A stretch of 64,000 bases of DNA. Origin: Candidatus Sericytochromatia bacterium. Lineage in GTDB: Bacteria > Cyanobacteriota > Sericytochromatia > S15B-MN24 > JAQBPE01. The notes below the pieces were generated by a model that was given only the letters and a program-made list of their open reading frames with translations, was not told where the DNA came from and made no database searches. Positions 7,674 through 18,583 of this stretch are shown here, in pieces. A program made the translations under genes and the position numbers. The DNA lies in assembly GCA_040400605.1 (NCBI GenBank), contig JBBAPZ010000007.1, positions 51,485 through 115,484 of the forward strand. Reading direction: 5' to 3'. How positions within the stretch are numbered: position 1 is the stretch's first letter; the number at the start of each line of letters is the position of its first letter.

Positions 7674-10508
7674 TTATCGCACGTCAAGCGCACCCACACA
7701 CCGTTGACACAAAGTGTCATGCTCAGCGCAAGACCCAACTGATTCCGACCACACCCAGCAACGTTGACACTTTGCACCAGGCGCAACCGATACCACGCAT
7801 CGAATCGGCACCGTCTCATCTGCGATGGGCTGTGGCGAAAGCACCACCCGAGATACAATCGCAATCCGTCTGATGGCCTCCGCACCGAGTGTCTGCCAGT
7901 GTACATGGCGTTCGCCGTCCGACGTGGCCAAATGAACCTGGGCCTCCAGGCTTGACCCAATCAACTTCGCCTGTCGCGCTTCCTCGAGCGACCTGAGGAG
8001 TTCAGGGCGCCACGCCATCACCTGTTCCCACTCACCCTTCAACACACTGTCCATACGCGACGCATCTGCAACAGGCCAATCCACTAAAAAGACACTCTCC
8101 GCGCGACTGGTACCGCAGCTTGGCACATGCTGCCAGATATCTTCTGCCAAATGCGACAAAACAGGCGCAATCAAGCGCGTGAAAACCAGCAGAATATCAT
8201 AAAGCGCAGTCTGGGCGGACCGTCTGAGATTTCCATTCGCTTTTTCCGCGTAAAGGGTATCTTTTTGAATATCAAAATAAAAACTGGAAAGATCAATCAC
8301 ACAATAATTCTGAATCACTTGATAAAAACGGAAAAACTCATACGCTTCCAGCGCATCACCCACTTCCATAATCAACTCTTGCAAGCGATGCAACGCATAG
8401 CGGTCAATCGAGGCCAGTTGCGCATCGGAGACCCTGTCTTGCTCGGGGTCGAAATCGTGGAGATTGCTCAAAATAAAGCGAGCCGTGTTGCGAATCTTGC
8501 GATAAATCTCAGCCATCTGCTTCAAGTTGGCATCGCTCACACGCACATCATGCGTGTAATCAACCGACGCGACCCATAACCGCAAAATATCGGCTCCGTA
8601 CTGCTCAATCACTTTCGCAGGCTCAATCACGTTCCCGATCGATTTGGACATCTTGCGTCCATGCTCATCAACCGTGAACCCGTGTGTCACCACCGTGCGA
8701 TACGGTGCATGGCCGCGACTCGCGACAGCAGTCAACAATGACGATTGAAACCAACCCCTGTATTGATCCGTCCCCTCAAGGTAGACATCAGCTGGCCAAC
8801 TGCAATCCGAACGCCCTGCAAGCACCGCCGCGTGACTACTACCGGAATCAAACCAGACATCCATGATATCTTGCTCTTTCCGAAAACGTGTGCCCCCACA
8901 ACGTCCACACGCGATCCCCGCAGGTAGCAAATCCGACGCCTCATACCGCCACCACGAATCAGAGCCTTCCTTGGCAAAACGCTCCTGCACACTCGCAATC
9001 GACTCAGGCGTCAACAAGGCTTCATGATCCGCCTCACAATAAAAAATGGGAATCGGAACACCCCACGAGCGCTGACGACTGATGCACCAATCCGAACGGT
9101 CTGCAACCATTTTCGCTATGCGCCGTTCCCCAGTTGCAGGAATCCACTTGACCCGCTTTATCTCAGCCAACGCTTGCTCACGGAATCCCTCTACCGAACA
9201 GAACCACTGTTCCGTCCCGCGGTAAATAACGGGCTTGTGACAACGCCAACAATGCGGATAGCTATGACGCAAGCTGCCCTCATGCAGCAAAAATCCAGTC
9301 TCGGACAAGTGACGGATAACCACGGGATTAGCCTTGTTGTACCGCAAGCCAGCAACCAGCTTACCCGCCTCATCCGTAAACACCCCCTGCGCGTTCAAAG
9401 GTGCGAACACCGGCAAATGATAACGCTTGCCCACTTCATAATCTTCCAACCCGTGGCCAGGCGCCGTGTGAACCACCCCTGTCCCTGAGTCGGCGGTCAC
9501 ATGCTCCCCCAAAACAACCAAACTGGTGCGCGGCAAAAACGGATGCTGCGCCTGCATCAGTTCAAACTCCGCCCCCACAAACTCATCCAGTGCCTGACCG
9601 ACAAGATTCGTTTCGGCCAAAAAGCGCTCCACAAGCTGCGTGGCAACCAACAAATGACCGTGACCCTCGGTTTTAAGCAGTGTGTACTTCAGGCGAGGAT
9701 GAACGGCTATCCCAAGGTTGGCAGGCAAAGTCCAGGGTGTGGTGGTCCAAATCACAAAATGTACGGGTTCGCTGATCCGGCCAAGACGCGCCAACATCGC
9801 CTGCGACGTCATCTTGAGCGGAAATTTGACATAAATGCTCGGTGACACATAGCCATCCTGATATTCAACCTCTGCCTCAGCTAAAGCGGTCTCGCACCCC
9901 GGGCACCAGTACACAGGCTTCAGCCCGCGGTAGATATAGCCCTTTTGAGCCATCGCACCGAACACGCCAATCTGACGTGCCTCAAAATCTGGATCCATCG
10001 TCAGATATGGGTGCTCCCAATCAGCGAGTATTCCCAACCGCCTGAAACGCGCCTGCTGACCATCAAGATTCTTCAACGCAAACGTTTTGCATTTCGCGCG
10101 CAATTCCAGCACTGACATCGCGTGACGCCCGCCCTCAACATCTTTCAGCACCGCATTTTCAATGGGCAAACCATGGCAGTCATAACCCGGTACAAACGGC
10201 GCACGAAAGCCATTCATCGACTTGTATTTAATTACGATATCCTTTAACACGCGGTTGAGGGCGTGACCCAAATGGATCTGCCCTGAACTGAGATATGGCG
10301 GGCCATCATGCAACATAAACGTCGGCGCGCCAGCCCGACGCTCCTGCATTCTCCCGTACAATCCCATGGCATCCCAGCGCGCCTGAAAATCAGGCTCGCG
10401 TTGCACCGAATTCGCCTTCATCGGAAAGGCGGTCTGAGGGAGACACAACGTCTGCTTGTAATCATACTGCGTCGCATCAAGACCTGATTTCGTCGTATCC
10501 ACAAGCAA
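7674..10508 (-). CDS. ileS: Isoleucine--tRNA ligase (type 1, C-terminal Zn finger)
   Basis: HLGH and KMSKS motifs, WTTTPWTLPAN, GTGVVHTAPGHG, DWCISRQR, CQRCW..CQRC. Confidence 0.97.
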   Translation of the reverse strand: MLVDTTKSGLDATQYDYKQTLCLPQTAFPMKANSVQREPDFQARWDAMGLYGRMQERRAGAPTFMLHDGPPYLSSGQIHLGHALNRVLKDIVIKYKSMNGFRAPFVPGYDCHGLPIENAVLKDVEGGRHAMSVLELRAKCKTFALKNLDGQQARFRRLGILADWEHPYLTMDPDFEARQIGVFGAMAQKGYIYRGLKPVYWCPGCETALAEAEVEYQDGYVSPSIYVKFPLKMTSQAMLARLGRISEPVHFVIWTTTPWTLPANLGIAVHPRLKYTLLKTEGHGHLLVATQLVERFLAETNLVGQALDEFVGAEFELMQAQHPFLPRTSLVVLGEHVTADSGTGVVHTAPGHGLEDYEVGKRYHLPVFAPLNAQGVFTDEAGKLVAGLRYNKANPVVIRHLSETGFLLHEGSLRHSYPHCWRCHKPVIYRGTEQWFCSVEGFREQALAEIKRVKWIPATGERRIAKMVADRSDWCISRQRSWGVPIPIFYCEADHEALLTPESIASVQERFAKEGSDSWWRYEASDLLPAGIACGRCGGTRFRKEQDIMDVWFDSGSSHAAVLAGRSDCSWPADVYLEGTDQYRGWFQSSLLTAVASRGHAPYRTVVTHGFTVDEHGRKMSKSIGNVIEPAKVIEQYGADILRLWVASVDYTHDVRVSDANLKQMAEIYRKIRNTARFILSNLHDFDPEQDRVSDAQLASIDRYALHRLQELIMEVGDALEAYEFFRFYQVIQNYCVIDLSSFYFDIQKDTLYAEKANGNLRRSAQTALYDILLVFTRLIAPVLSHLAEDIWQHVPSCGTSRAESVFLVDWPVADASRMDSVLKGEWEQVMAWRPELLRSLEEARQAKLIGSSLEAQVHLATSDGERHVHWQTLGAEAIRRIAIVSRVVLSPQPIADETVPIRCVVSVAPGAKCQRCWVWSESVGSCAEHDTLCQRCVGALDVR

Positions 10509-10520
10509 TCCCTTTCGCGC

Positions 10521-10551
10521 AAAAGCCCTCGCCTGACACGACGAGAGGCTT
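10521..10551 (-). terminator. Putative intrinsic terminator after ftsZ
   Basis: On the - strand AAGCCTCTCG-loop-CGAGGGCTT hairpin followed by a short T run. Confidence 0.45.
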
Positions 10552-10578
10552 CATCGGCTTGGCGTTAAAACCAACGAC

Positions 10579-11718
10579 CTACTGACCAGATCGCTGTTTG
10601 TTCCGGTTATTCAAAAAATCCGGAATCTGTGGCTTGTCTGGGCCCATGCCGGTACCAACGTTGCCAAGATACGCCAAACCATTCGTCTCCTTCACCGGCG
10701 TCTCAATACTCGCAGCGGCAATCGATCGTGATGGCAAAACAGGCGATTGCGCTGACTTGTTCTGATCAAATCCCGTCGCAATAACGGTGATGCGGATCTC
10801 ATTCTTGAACCGCTCGTCATTGACCAGACCAATGATGATCATCGCATCCGAGTTCACTGACCCATAAATCACTTCCGCCGCATCACTGACCTCCGCCAAG
10901 GTCACATCCATACCGCCGGTCACATTGAAGATCACACCGGTCGCACCGTTGATACTTGTCTCAAGCAACGGCGAGTTGATGGCTGCACGCGCCGCCTCGA
11001 CTGCACGCCCCTCACCAGACGCCGTCCCCGTACCCATCAAGGCCGAACCAGCCGAGGACATAATCGTCTTGACATCCGCAAAGTCGACATTCATTTCACC
11101 CGGAATCGTGATAATGTCACATATCCCCTGCACACCCTGGCGCACCACATCATCGGCCAACTGAAACGCCTCGCGCATGGTCGTACGCTTATCTGCAACG
11201 TGCAACAACTTGTCGTTCGGAATGACGATCAGCGTATCAACCTTCTCGCGGATGGCATTGATGCCCTCAGCAGCCTGTTCAGCACGACGCTTGCCCTCGA
11301 AGGTGAACGGCCGCGTCACCACGGCAACCGTCAGAGCACCGACTTCCTTCGCAACCTCTGCTACCACCGGCGCTGCACCCGTACCAGTTCCGCCACCCAT
11401 ACCCGCCGTGATAAAAACCATATCAGCACCGGTCAACGCAGCCACGAGGTCCTCGCGACTCTCCTCAGCCGCTTTTTGCCCAACCATTGGACGACCGCCA
11501 GCACCCAAGCCCTTGGTCACCTTGGATCCAATTTGCAATCGTTTTTCCGATTGCGACTGCGCCAATGCCTGTGCGTCCGTGTTGACTGTCCAAAACTCGA
11601 CATTGGTCACGCCGCTCGCGATCATGCGATTGACGGCGTTTGAACCACCGCCCCCGACTCCGATGACCTTGATGTCCGCGTTGTTCGTCAATTTGTCCAT
11701 CTTATCAGGCACCCTCAC
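10579..11718 (-). CDS. ftsZ: Cell division protein FtsZ (start may be ATG 11700)
   Basis: [34 protein letters not shown]-terminal IPDFL. Confidence 0.98.
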   Translation of the reverse strand: MRVPDKMDKLTNNADIKVIGVGGGGSNAVNRMIASGVTNVEFWTVNTDAQALAQSQSEKRLQIGSKVTKGLGAGGRPMVGQKAAEESREDLVAALTGADMVFITAGMGGGTGTGAAPVVAEVAKEVGALTVAVVTRPFTFEGKRRAEQAAEGINAIREKVDTLIVIPNDKLLHVADKRTTMREAFQLADDVVRQGVQGICDIITIPGEMNVDFADVKTIMSSAGSALMGTGTASGEGRAVEAARAAINSPLLETSINGATGVIFNVTGGMDVTLAEVSDAAEVIYGSVNSDAMIIIGLVNDERFKNEIRITVIATGFDQNKSAQSPVLPSRSIAAASIETPVKETNGLAYLGNVGTGMGPDKPQIPDFLNNRNKQRSGQ

Positions 11719-11815
11719 TGCCGCAGAGCCGCAAGAAACCCTTTCCTCGCAACAACCGGCGCTCCTTGAAATTTTTCCAGTTCGAAGATCCTACCACAAA
11801 TCTCACCCTAACGAA

Positions 11816-12166
11816 CTACGACAGGAAACGATTAAGTACCATCCGTCGCACCACCGCCAAGTTATCAAACAACCGAACCCCAAACACCACAACCGCCGCA
11901 ACATAAAGATCAATACCCAGCAGATCCCCCAAATAGGTCAATGCCGCCGCCAGTAACGAGTTAAAGGTAAACCCGCTGATAAAGGCAACCGAATCAAAAC
12001 GCCCTTCCAATGCTGCCCGAAACCCACCCAAACCGGTATCGAGGGCGGCCAAAATTGCAACGGCCGTATATTTGGCAACCGCATGCGGAATGGTGACGGG
12101 CGCAAATGCCCCCAACGCCACACCCACTCCGAGCGCAAAAACAGGCAAGATGAACGAAGTGGTCAC
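11816..12166 (-). CDS. sbp: Small basic protein Sbp (DUF1290)
   Basis: YTAVAILAALDTGLGGFRA..F..N....LGDLLG.DLY.AAVVVFGVRLFDNLAVVRR. Confidence 0.88.
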   Translation of the reverse strand: MTTSFILPVFALGVGVALGAFAPVTIPHAVAKYTAVAILAALDTGLGGFRAALEGRFDSVAFISGFTFNSLLAAALTYLGDLLGIDLYVAAVVVFGVRLFDNLAVVRRMVLNRFLS

Positions 12167-12864
12167 GATGGTTTCTTGTTGGGGCGTACGCCAGATTTGG
12201 CGTATCGGTAAACAGGGGCGCCATGATAAACGGGCACAATCACCTCATTTTTCTTGAAGATGCTAACTTGAATCCGGTAGAATTGCAAGTATTCGACGAC
12301 ACCACCACGCAACCGCAACGCCGCCTCCATGGTATCCGGGTCGCCAATCGCCCGAATGATGAAAGGAGGAACCAGACGCGTTTTGTTCACCAGTATGGTT
12401 GGCCCGGCGCAACTTATCTCAGTTGTCTCGACCAGCCTTTGGTCATTGATTGCGATCGCCTCGGCGCCACTCGCTCGCAACTCATTGACCAATTTTAACA
12501 AGTCCTCATTATGCACAATGGCAATGTTTGGATTTTCCCCCTGCGACAATGGCGTGACGCTGTCTGCCACAGTCAATTCGATGCCAGGGCCCTGCAAGGC
12601 CAACCACCGTTTCGGCAACACGGTATCATTTGCCCGCACGCCTTGTTCTGGATGTTTGATACGCTCACGCAACGCCATCAACTGTTGCGTCAACCGCCGA
12701 TTCTCTTGCTCCGCTTCTTTCAGCATCACGACAAGGTCCTCCACACGCCGGCTCGGGACGTCGGCGATATCGCGGCGATAACCCCACTCGGCACGAAATT
12801 GGGCCGCGATTAACACACCGCAGACCAAGGCCATCAAGCTGATCGAGAGCGGCCACTGCATCAC
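12163..12864 (-). CDS. DUF881 domain protein (YlxW/YlxX-like)
   Basis: GPGIELTVAD, VHNEDLLKLVNELRASGAEAIAINDQR, PPFIIRAIGDP. Confidence 0.9.
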   Translation of the reverse strand: MMQWPLSISLMALVCGVLIAAQFRAEWGYRRDIADVPSRRVEDLVVMLKEAEQENRRLTQQLMALRERIKHPEQGVRANDTVLPKRWLALQGPGIELTVADSVTPLSQGENPNIAIVHNEDLLKLVNELRASGAEAIAINDQRLVETTEISCAGPTILVNKTRLVPPFIIRAIGDPDTMEAALRLRGGVVEYLQFYRIQVSIFKKNEVIVPVYHGAPVYRYAKSGVRPNKKPS

Positions 12865-13727
12865 GGCGTTGGACTCATTTTCACGATGGGCGGCGAAGCG
12901 GAAGGGGATGGTTTTGCCTTCGCTTGTTCCGTTATCAACCGATCGCCCGACTTGAGAACAATACTCGGGCTTTCAACATAGCGAAAATCAAGGTACTTCA
13001 AACGCTCACGATAGCGCTTCACAGCCGGTTGCAAATATTGAAGCAACCCCAATTTCAATTCGACCGCCTCCAGCCGCCCAAGCCGAACTGGCCATTCACC
13101 AATCTGAACATAAACGTCGTTCCAGCGCCGCAAATCAAGTCGGCCTGACACACCCGCTGGCCAAGCCGCCAGCAGCGCACGCAAGGATCGCGCATCAGCC
13201 TCCGTCACCCGTTCGCCTGGCCCCTCCATCATGATTGCCTTCAAGGCGAAACGGGGGGTCAACGGCACGGCCGCCGCACCGAAGACCACACCGTGGTGAT
13301 CCAAAAAAAACGCGCCGCCCCCGCGAACACTCTGTACGCGCAACATCGGACGCCGCTCCTGAATCTTGATCGAAATGCGAGCAGGAAACAACCAGCGTCG
13401 CACTTCAACCCGCTCAATCGCCGGTATCACACTCAACTGCGCCTGGATCCACTCGGGGTCAAGGCGATATAACGCACGATTGGGTGGCACAAAGAGACGA
13501 GCCAACACATCAGCGCGACTGACCAAACGGTGTCCACTCGTTTGTATATTCCCCTGCCACGCCCAAAAGTCTGCCACCCAGAAGCTGTAGATTCCGTATG
13601 CCAACGAAAGCGCCAAAACAAATTGCAGCAAATCCACCAAGCGTCGCCACATCCGTTTGCGTCGACGGCTGGCAACCGCAACACGAACACTCGGAACCAA
13701 TGATTCTTGTTCAGCGAATGTCACCAA
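12861..13727 (-). CDS. ftsQ: Cell division protein FtsQ/DivIB (start uncertain)
   Basis: Basic N-terminus plus one TM, POTRA-like VEVRRWLFPARISIKIQER, YLDFRY; position in dcw cluster. Confidence 0.85.
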   Translation of the reverse strand: MVTFAEQESLVPSVRVAVASRRRKRMWRRLVDLLQFVLALSLAYGIYSFWVADFWAWQGNIQTSGHRLVSRADVLARLFVPPNRALYRLDPEWIQAQLSVIPAIERVEVRRWLFPARISIKIQERRPMLRVQSVRGGGAFFLDHHGVVFGAAAVPLTPRFALKAIMMEGPGERVTEADARSLRALLAAWPAGVSGRLDLRRWNDVYVQIGEWPVRLGRLEAVELKLGLLQYLQPAVKRYRERLKYLDFRYVESPSIVLKSGDRLITEQAKAKPSPSASPPIVKMSPTP

Positions 13728-14631
13728 CAGCCATTCCCAATCCAACCACTTCCGGCACCAACCATACACCGAAATGCTGCCAAACACGCTGTTGCAGCTC
13801 GATTATCAACGCGTTGATATTCTCGGCACAGGCACGGTCACGGTTAACGATAAAATTCGCGTGTTTCTCGGACACCTCCGCACCCCCAACCCGCAAGCCC
13901 TTGCCCCCCACTTGCTCAATCATCGCACCGGCCGAGGGCAAACCCTCACCTGGATTGCGAAACGTACTGCCCCCCGAAGGAAAGTTGGTCGGTTGACGCT
14001 GATGACGCCACTGCTGCAATTCAACCACGCGACGACGGGCCTCCGTGCGTTCGACGTCTCGCATCTTCCAGACACCTTCCAAAAAAACACCTGGCTCATC
14101 CAACAGACGACTGTGACGATAGCCAAAACGAAACTCATCCCGCGTCCAGCTCGCCACATCACCCTCAGCCAGCAACACCCGACCTGACTCAAATCCTTCC
14201 GAGATGGTCACGCCATGCGCACCGGCGTGCATGACAACAGCGCCCCCGACCGTACCGGGAACGCCAACCATCGGCTCAAGCCCGCCCAAACCCTCCTGCA
14301 GTCCGGCCATCACCATCGCCGCCAAAGGTACCCCTGCCTGCGCCCGCATCCATCCGACGCCATCCGTATCACGTTCAAATGACACGCGGGTCATCGCTCC
14401 GCCAGTCCGAACAACCAGTCCATCAAAACCATGATCGGCAATCAACACATTACTTCCGCGACCCAAGATGGCCCACTTAACCGCCGCTTGCCGAGCCCAA
14501 TCAATCACCGACTGCAGCGCATCACACGAATCAGGCTCAAAAAAATAGCGGGCATCGCCACCAATTTGCCACGTTGTGAAAGGCGCAAGCCGGACGTTTG
14601 TCTTTACTCCCTTCGGCACGGTCACGGACAC
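13711..14631 (-). CDS. murB: UDP-N-acetylmuramate dehydrogenase
   Basis: TTWQIGG, LGRGSNVLI, PGTVGGAV, FGYRHS, GSTFRNP, SEKHANFIVN. Confidence 0.96.
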   Translation of the reverse strand: MSVTVPKGVKTNVRLAPFTTWQIGGDARYFFEPDSCDALQSVIDWARQAAVKWAILGRGSNVLIADHGFDGLVVRTGGAMTRVSFERDTDGVGWMRAQAGVPLAAMVMAGLQEGLGGLEPMVGVPGTVGGAVVMHAGAHGVTISEGFESGRVLLAEGDVASWTRDEFRFGYRHSRLLDEPGVFLEGVWKMRDVERTEARRRVVELQQWRHQRQPTNFPSGGSTFRNPGEGLPSAGAMIEQVGGKGLRVGGAEVSEKHANFIVNRDRACAENINALIIELQQRVWQHFGVWLVPEVVGLGMAVGDIR

Positions 14632-14714
14632 AAACGATTCCCCTTTGACTGTGAGCGCGCTTTCAATACCAAAACCACACGCATCAAACCATCACCCCAC
14701 CTATGACAACGCCT

Positions 14715-16091
14715 TCAGGCAGTCTGTACCTGCGCGGTGCCCCGTAATCCCAACGCCTGAAGCAAAGGTTCCGCCATCAAATGGATATCCCCCGCCCCCA
14801 ACAACAGGATGAAATCACCAGCCTGGGCCAAAGACAGCACGTGCGGCACCGCCTGTTGCTGACTTGACACATGACACGTGCGGGCGCCAGGCAAGGCCTG
14901 TTTGACCAGATCCGCCAACGTTCCTGCATTCACGCTTCGAGGCGCTTCACCCGCCGCATAGGTATCAAGGATCGTGACCGATGCAGCGCCATCGAAACTT
15001 TGTGAAAAATCAGTCAGCAACGCTTCGAGACGGGAATGACGATGCGGCTGAAACACCACGTGAACACGTTTCTGATACAATGCAGCCGCCTGCAATGTTG
15101 CACGAATTTCACTGGGATGATGTGCATAATCATCAATCACGCTAACACCGTCAGCACAACCCATTGTCTGGAAACGACGGTTCACCCCGCCAAAAGCCAA
15201 CAGTCCCGCTCGAATCGCGTCAACCGGAATCTGCAATGATTGAGACACGACAAACGCTGCAACCGCATTCAAGACGTTGTGCCTGCCAGGCACGTTCAAT
15301 TCCAGAGGAACAGCATTGACACTGAAGCGCGAATGGCCTGCTTCCATGACCACATCCTGAACCAGCCAATCGGCGCCGGCATCAAAACCGTACGTCACGA
15401 CACGTCGTTCAAGCATCGGAATCAGACGTTGGACACCCGCATCATCCAAGCAAACAACTACCGCGGCATCAGACGTGAGTCCATTGATAAAGCGGGCGAG
15501 AACTTCATAGATTTCTTCGATATCCCGATAATGCTCGAGGTGGTCGCCCTCCACATTCGTGATAATGACCCATTGCGCACTCAGGTTGACGATCGACTTG
15601 TCACTTTCGTCCGCCTCCGCCACCAAGAACTGACTGGCGCCTACCCTGGCATTTCCGGACATCAGCGGCAACTCTCCACCCAGAAGCACTGTTGGGTCAA
15701 GCTTTGCCGCCAACATCACGGATGCCAGCATTCCGGTCGTCGTCGTCTTTCCATGCGTCCCGGTCACCGCCACCGAGCATTTTTCGCGCATCAAGGCGCC
15801 AAGCACCTGTGACCGGTGAAAAACGGGCAGTCCACGGCGACTGGCCTCAAGCAGTTCGGGGTTATCCGGTTTGACGGCGGTCGACACAACCAGCGCCTGT
15901 GCCTGCTCAAGATGTTCAGGAGCATGGCCCAGGGCGACGTGAATGCCGGCTGCCCGCAAACGTTCCAAAATTGGGGAGTCGTGCAGATCCGACCCGGACA
16001 CCGAACCACCGCGTGCGCACCACACCTCTGCGACCGCGCTCATTCCGATCCCGCCAATTCCGACAAAATGCAGTGAATCGGGAATCGTCAC
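14715..16091 (-). CDS. murC: UDP-N-acetylmuramate--L-alanine ligase
   Basis: HFVGIGGIGMS, GTHGKTTTT, EADESD, DDYAHHPSEI; GTG 16091 or TTG 16094 after a GGAAGG RBS. Confidence 0.96.
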   Translation of the reverse strand: MTIPDSLHFVGIGGIGMSAVAEVWCARGGSVSGSDLHDSPILERLRAAGIHVALGHAPEHLEQAQALVVSTAVKPDNPELLEASRRGLPVFHRSQVLGALMREKCSVAVTGTHGKTTTTGMLASVMLAAKLDPTVLLGGELPLMSGNARVGASQFLVAEADESDKSIVNLSAQWVIITNVEGDHLEHYRDIEEIYEVLARFINGLTSDAAVVVCLDDAGVQRLIPMLERRVVTYGFDAGADWLVQDVVMEAGHSRFSVNAVPLELNVPGRHNVLNAVAAFVVSQSLQIPVDAIRAGLLAFGGVNRRFQTMGCADGVSVIDDYAHHPSEIRATLQAAALYQKRVHVVFQPHRHSRLEALLTDFSQSFDGAASVTILDTYAAGEAPRSVNAGTLADLVKQALPGARTCHVSSQQQAVPHVLSLAQAGDFILLLGAGDIHLMAEPLLQALGLRGTAQVQTA

Positions 16092-16271
16092 CAAGGCTTT
16101 CCTTCCTTCCAGACAACTGTTTTGCAAGCCGCGACAGCCGTGGTTGCAATCACGCTGAACAAATGTTCCTGACAAGTCATCCTCATTAAGTACTGACCCG
16201 GAACTGTCATTCTTAAACAAGAATACAGCAAATCTGCTGGAACTGTCATACGCACGGTCACGGCCGGACAA

Positions 16272-17366
16272 TCACCCGCCATCCAGCCACACCAACAACT
16301 GTGTGGCCAGCGCCTCTGCCGCTTCGGGGCGTGCCAGTCGTCGGCTCGCCTCGGCCATGTTGGCCCGTCGGTCTGCATCAGCCAGCAACGGCCAAAGGTG
16401 AGTCTCCAGCGCGCCTGCCTCGAGTTCAGCATCGGGTATGACGCAAGCAGCGTCGGCGTGACGCATTTCCTGGGCATTCAGTGCTTGATGCCCTCCAGCC
16501 AACGGGTAAGGCACCAGCACCATTGGTTTGCCGGCTACCGTAAGTTCGGCCAAGGTGGTGGCACCGGCCCGACTCACGACCAAATCGGCAGCGATAATTG
16601 CAGCGGGCATGTCGCTCAGAAAACCATCCAGACGATAACGTGACGCATCGATGCCGCTTGTTTGTCGCCGTATCAGATCAAACTGGCGCAAACCGCAAAC
16701 ATGATGCACCACCCAGTCGGTTTGCTCAAGAATGCGCGGCAACAGTTTCAACAAAGCCTGATTGATCGTCGCCGCACCTTGCGAGCCACCCGTTACGAGC
16801 AGCACGCGCGCATCCGACGCAAAGCCAAAGACGTCACGCATTGCGGCAGGCTCCCGTTCAAACGCCTCCGTGCGGACCGGGTTGCCCGAAACCCAAGCCT
16901 CCGTTGTGCGCAAATGGGTGCGAGACGAGGCAAAACTAGTCGCAAAACGCGTCACGAAACGCGCCAGCGCCTGGTTGACTTTGCCCGGGTAAACATTTTG
17001 CTCATGTAACAGACACGGAATGCCCTGGGCGCAAGCCGCCAGCATCAAAGGCGCACTGACATAGCCGCCCGTGCCAAAAACGGCCCGCGGCGCCTCCTGA
17101 CGCAGCAGGCGCCAGGCCCTGACGATCGCCACACACAACACGCCAAGCGCAGCCAGCGCCTGTAAGGGTTGACGGGACAAACCCCGCGCGGGGATGGCAA
17201 AAAATGGAAAGCCAGCCTCGGGAACAACCTGCGCTTCAAGGCGGTCCGGCGTCCCGACAAAGGCCACATTGCAACCGGGCCGCAAACGTTGCAAAGCAGA
17301 CGCCACGGCCAGAGCTGGAAACAGATGCCCCCCTGTTCCGCCACCTGTCATCAACACATCCGCCAT
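16272..17366 (-). CDS. murG: MurG GlcNAc transferase
   Basis: GGGTGGH, GGYVS, HEQN, GNPVR, GGSQGA, SRAGATT, HQ..NA. Confidence 0.96.
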   Translation of the reverse strand: MADVLMTGGGTGGHLFPALAVASALQRLRPGCNVAFVGTPDRLEAQVVPEAGFPFFAIPARGLSRQPLQALAALGVLCVAIVRAWRLLRQEAPRAVFGTGGYVSAPLMLAACAQGIPCLLHEQNVYPGKVNQALARFVTRFATSFASSRTHLRTTEAWVSGNPVRTEAFEREPAAMRDVFGFASDARVLLVTGGSQGAATINQALLKLLPRILEQTDWVVHHVCGLRQFDLIRRQTSGIDASRYRLDGFLSDMPAAIIAADLVVSRAGATTLAELTVAGKPMVLVPYPLAGGHQALNAQEMRHADAACVIPDAELEAGALETHLWPLLADADRRANMAEASRRLARPEAAEALATQLLVWLDGG

Positions 17367-17410
17367 GTCTATCCGAACCCTTCTTGTTCCTTTGTAGATG
17401 CCCAATCCCA

Positions 17411-18583
17411 TCAAACAGGCGGTGGCGCAACCGAAGGAAGCATCCGAGCCTGCGCCTGGCGCGAGACGTTCAGGATCAACCCCATCGCGAACATGGTGGT
17501 TAACAAGGATGTTCCACCAAAACTCAGGAACGGCAGGGGAATGCCGGTTGTTGGCAAACTGGCCGTGACAACCCCGATATTGATGAAAGCCTGGCACACC
17601 ACGGAAGTGGTCAAGATCAGGCTCAGCAATGCGTGAAACTCATCGCGCGCACGTAGCGCGATCGCAAAGCCACGCCACGCCAACAAAACAAACATGCCAA
17701 TCAACAATGCCGCCCCAATAAGACCCATTTCCTCCGCGAGAATCGCGAAGATAAAATCCGCATATTGAATCGGCAGATAAAACAGTTTTTGTTTACTCTG
17801 TCCCCAGCCCTGCCCCAGCACGCCACCAGAACCAATCGCCATCAACGACTGCACCAATTGATATCCCGTATGCTGCGGATCGCCCCACGGATCCCAAAAG
17901 CCGATCCACCGCGCCCGTTGGTACGGCGTGCTCAAACTGACATACATCACAACGATGACACCCGCAACGCCTGTCATCGACATCACCCGCAAGGGCACAC
18001 CATGGCAGAAAAAAGCCACGAACGCGGCGATGGCGAGGACAATGGTCGTTCCAAGATCCGGCTGGATGTAAACCAACCCCAAAACAGCAACAACAGGAAT
18101 CAACGCCTGTCGCACCTGCACCAGATTCCACGATTCTTCGGCCCGACGTGCCAACACATCCGCCAGATAAACCGCCAGGGTCACCTTGGCAATCTCCGAT
18201 GGTTGAAGGGACAATCCGAACAGGCGCAACCAACGGGTCGAACCCATCTCAGTCACCCCGATGCCCGGAATCTGCACCAAGAACAGCAAAATAGCGGTCA
18301 ACGCCAAACCGTGCAGAGCCAAAGCCCGGACGAAAGACAAACGGATGCTAGCACCTACCAACAAAACCGTCGCCCCAAGTACAAACCAAACCAGTTGACG
18401 CTGAAAGTAATAAAGGCTGTCTCGCAACTGACTCTGAGCGACGGGTGCACTTGCGCTCAAAATGGCCGTCAAACCCCAAACGGCCAATAAAATGACGAAC
18501 AAAAGCAGTGTCACATCGAAACCACTCGACGGACGCGACTTGTAAGCGTTACTTGCCTGCTCAGCGCGGGAGTTCCTGGACAA
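17411..18583 (-). CDS. ftsW: SEDS family peptidoglycan polymerase FtsW (start uncertain)
   Basis: RW, QPSEIAK, QPDLG, GYQ..QS..AIGSGG, DFIFAILAEE.G, LPFLSFGGTS. Confidence 0.95.
   Translation of the reverse strand: MSRNSRAEQASNAYKSRPSSGFDVTLLLFVILLAVWGLTAILSASAPVAQSQLRDSLYYFQRQLVWFVLGATVLLVGASIRLSFVRALALHGLALTAILLFLVQIPGIGVTEMGSTRWLRLFGLSLQPSEIAKVTLAVYLADVLARRAEESWNLVQVRQALIPVVAVLGLVYIQPDLGTTIVLAIAAFVAFFCHGVPLRVMSMTGVAGVIVVMYVSLSTPYQRARWIGFWDPWGDPQHTGYQLVQSLMAIGSGGVLGQGWGQSKQKLFYLPIQYADFIFAILAEEMGLIGAALLIGMFVLLAWRGFAIALRARDEFHALLSLILTTSVVCQAFINIGVVTASLPTTGIPLPFLSFGGTSLLTTMFAMGLILNVSRQAQARMLPSVAPPPV

Noticed and set aside
16095..16120. TCTGGAAGGAAG on the - strand, resembling the SRP RNA loop
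   Set aside because: Lacks the CAGG/AGCA internal loop and long helix; better explained as the murC RBS
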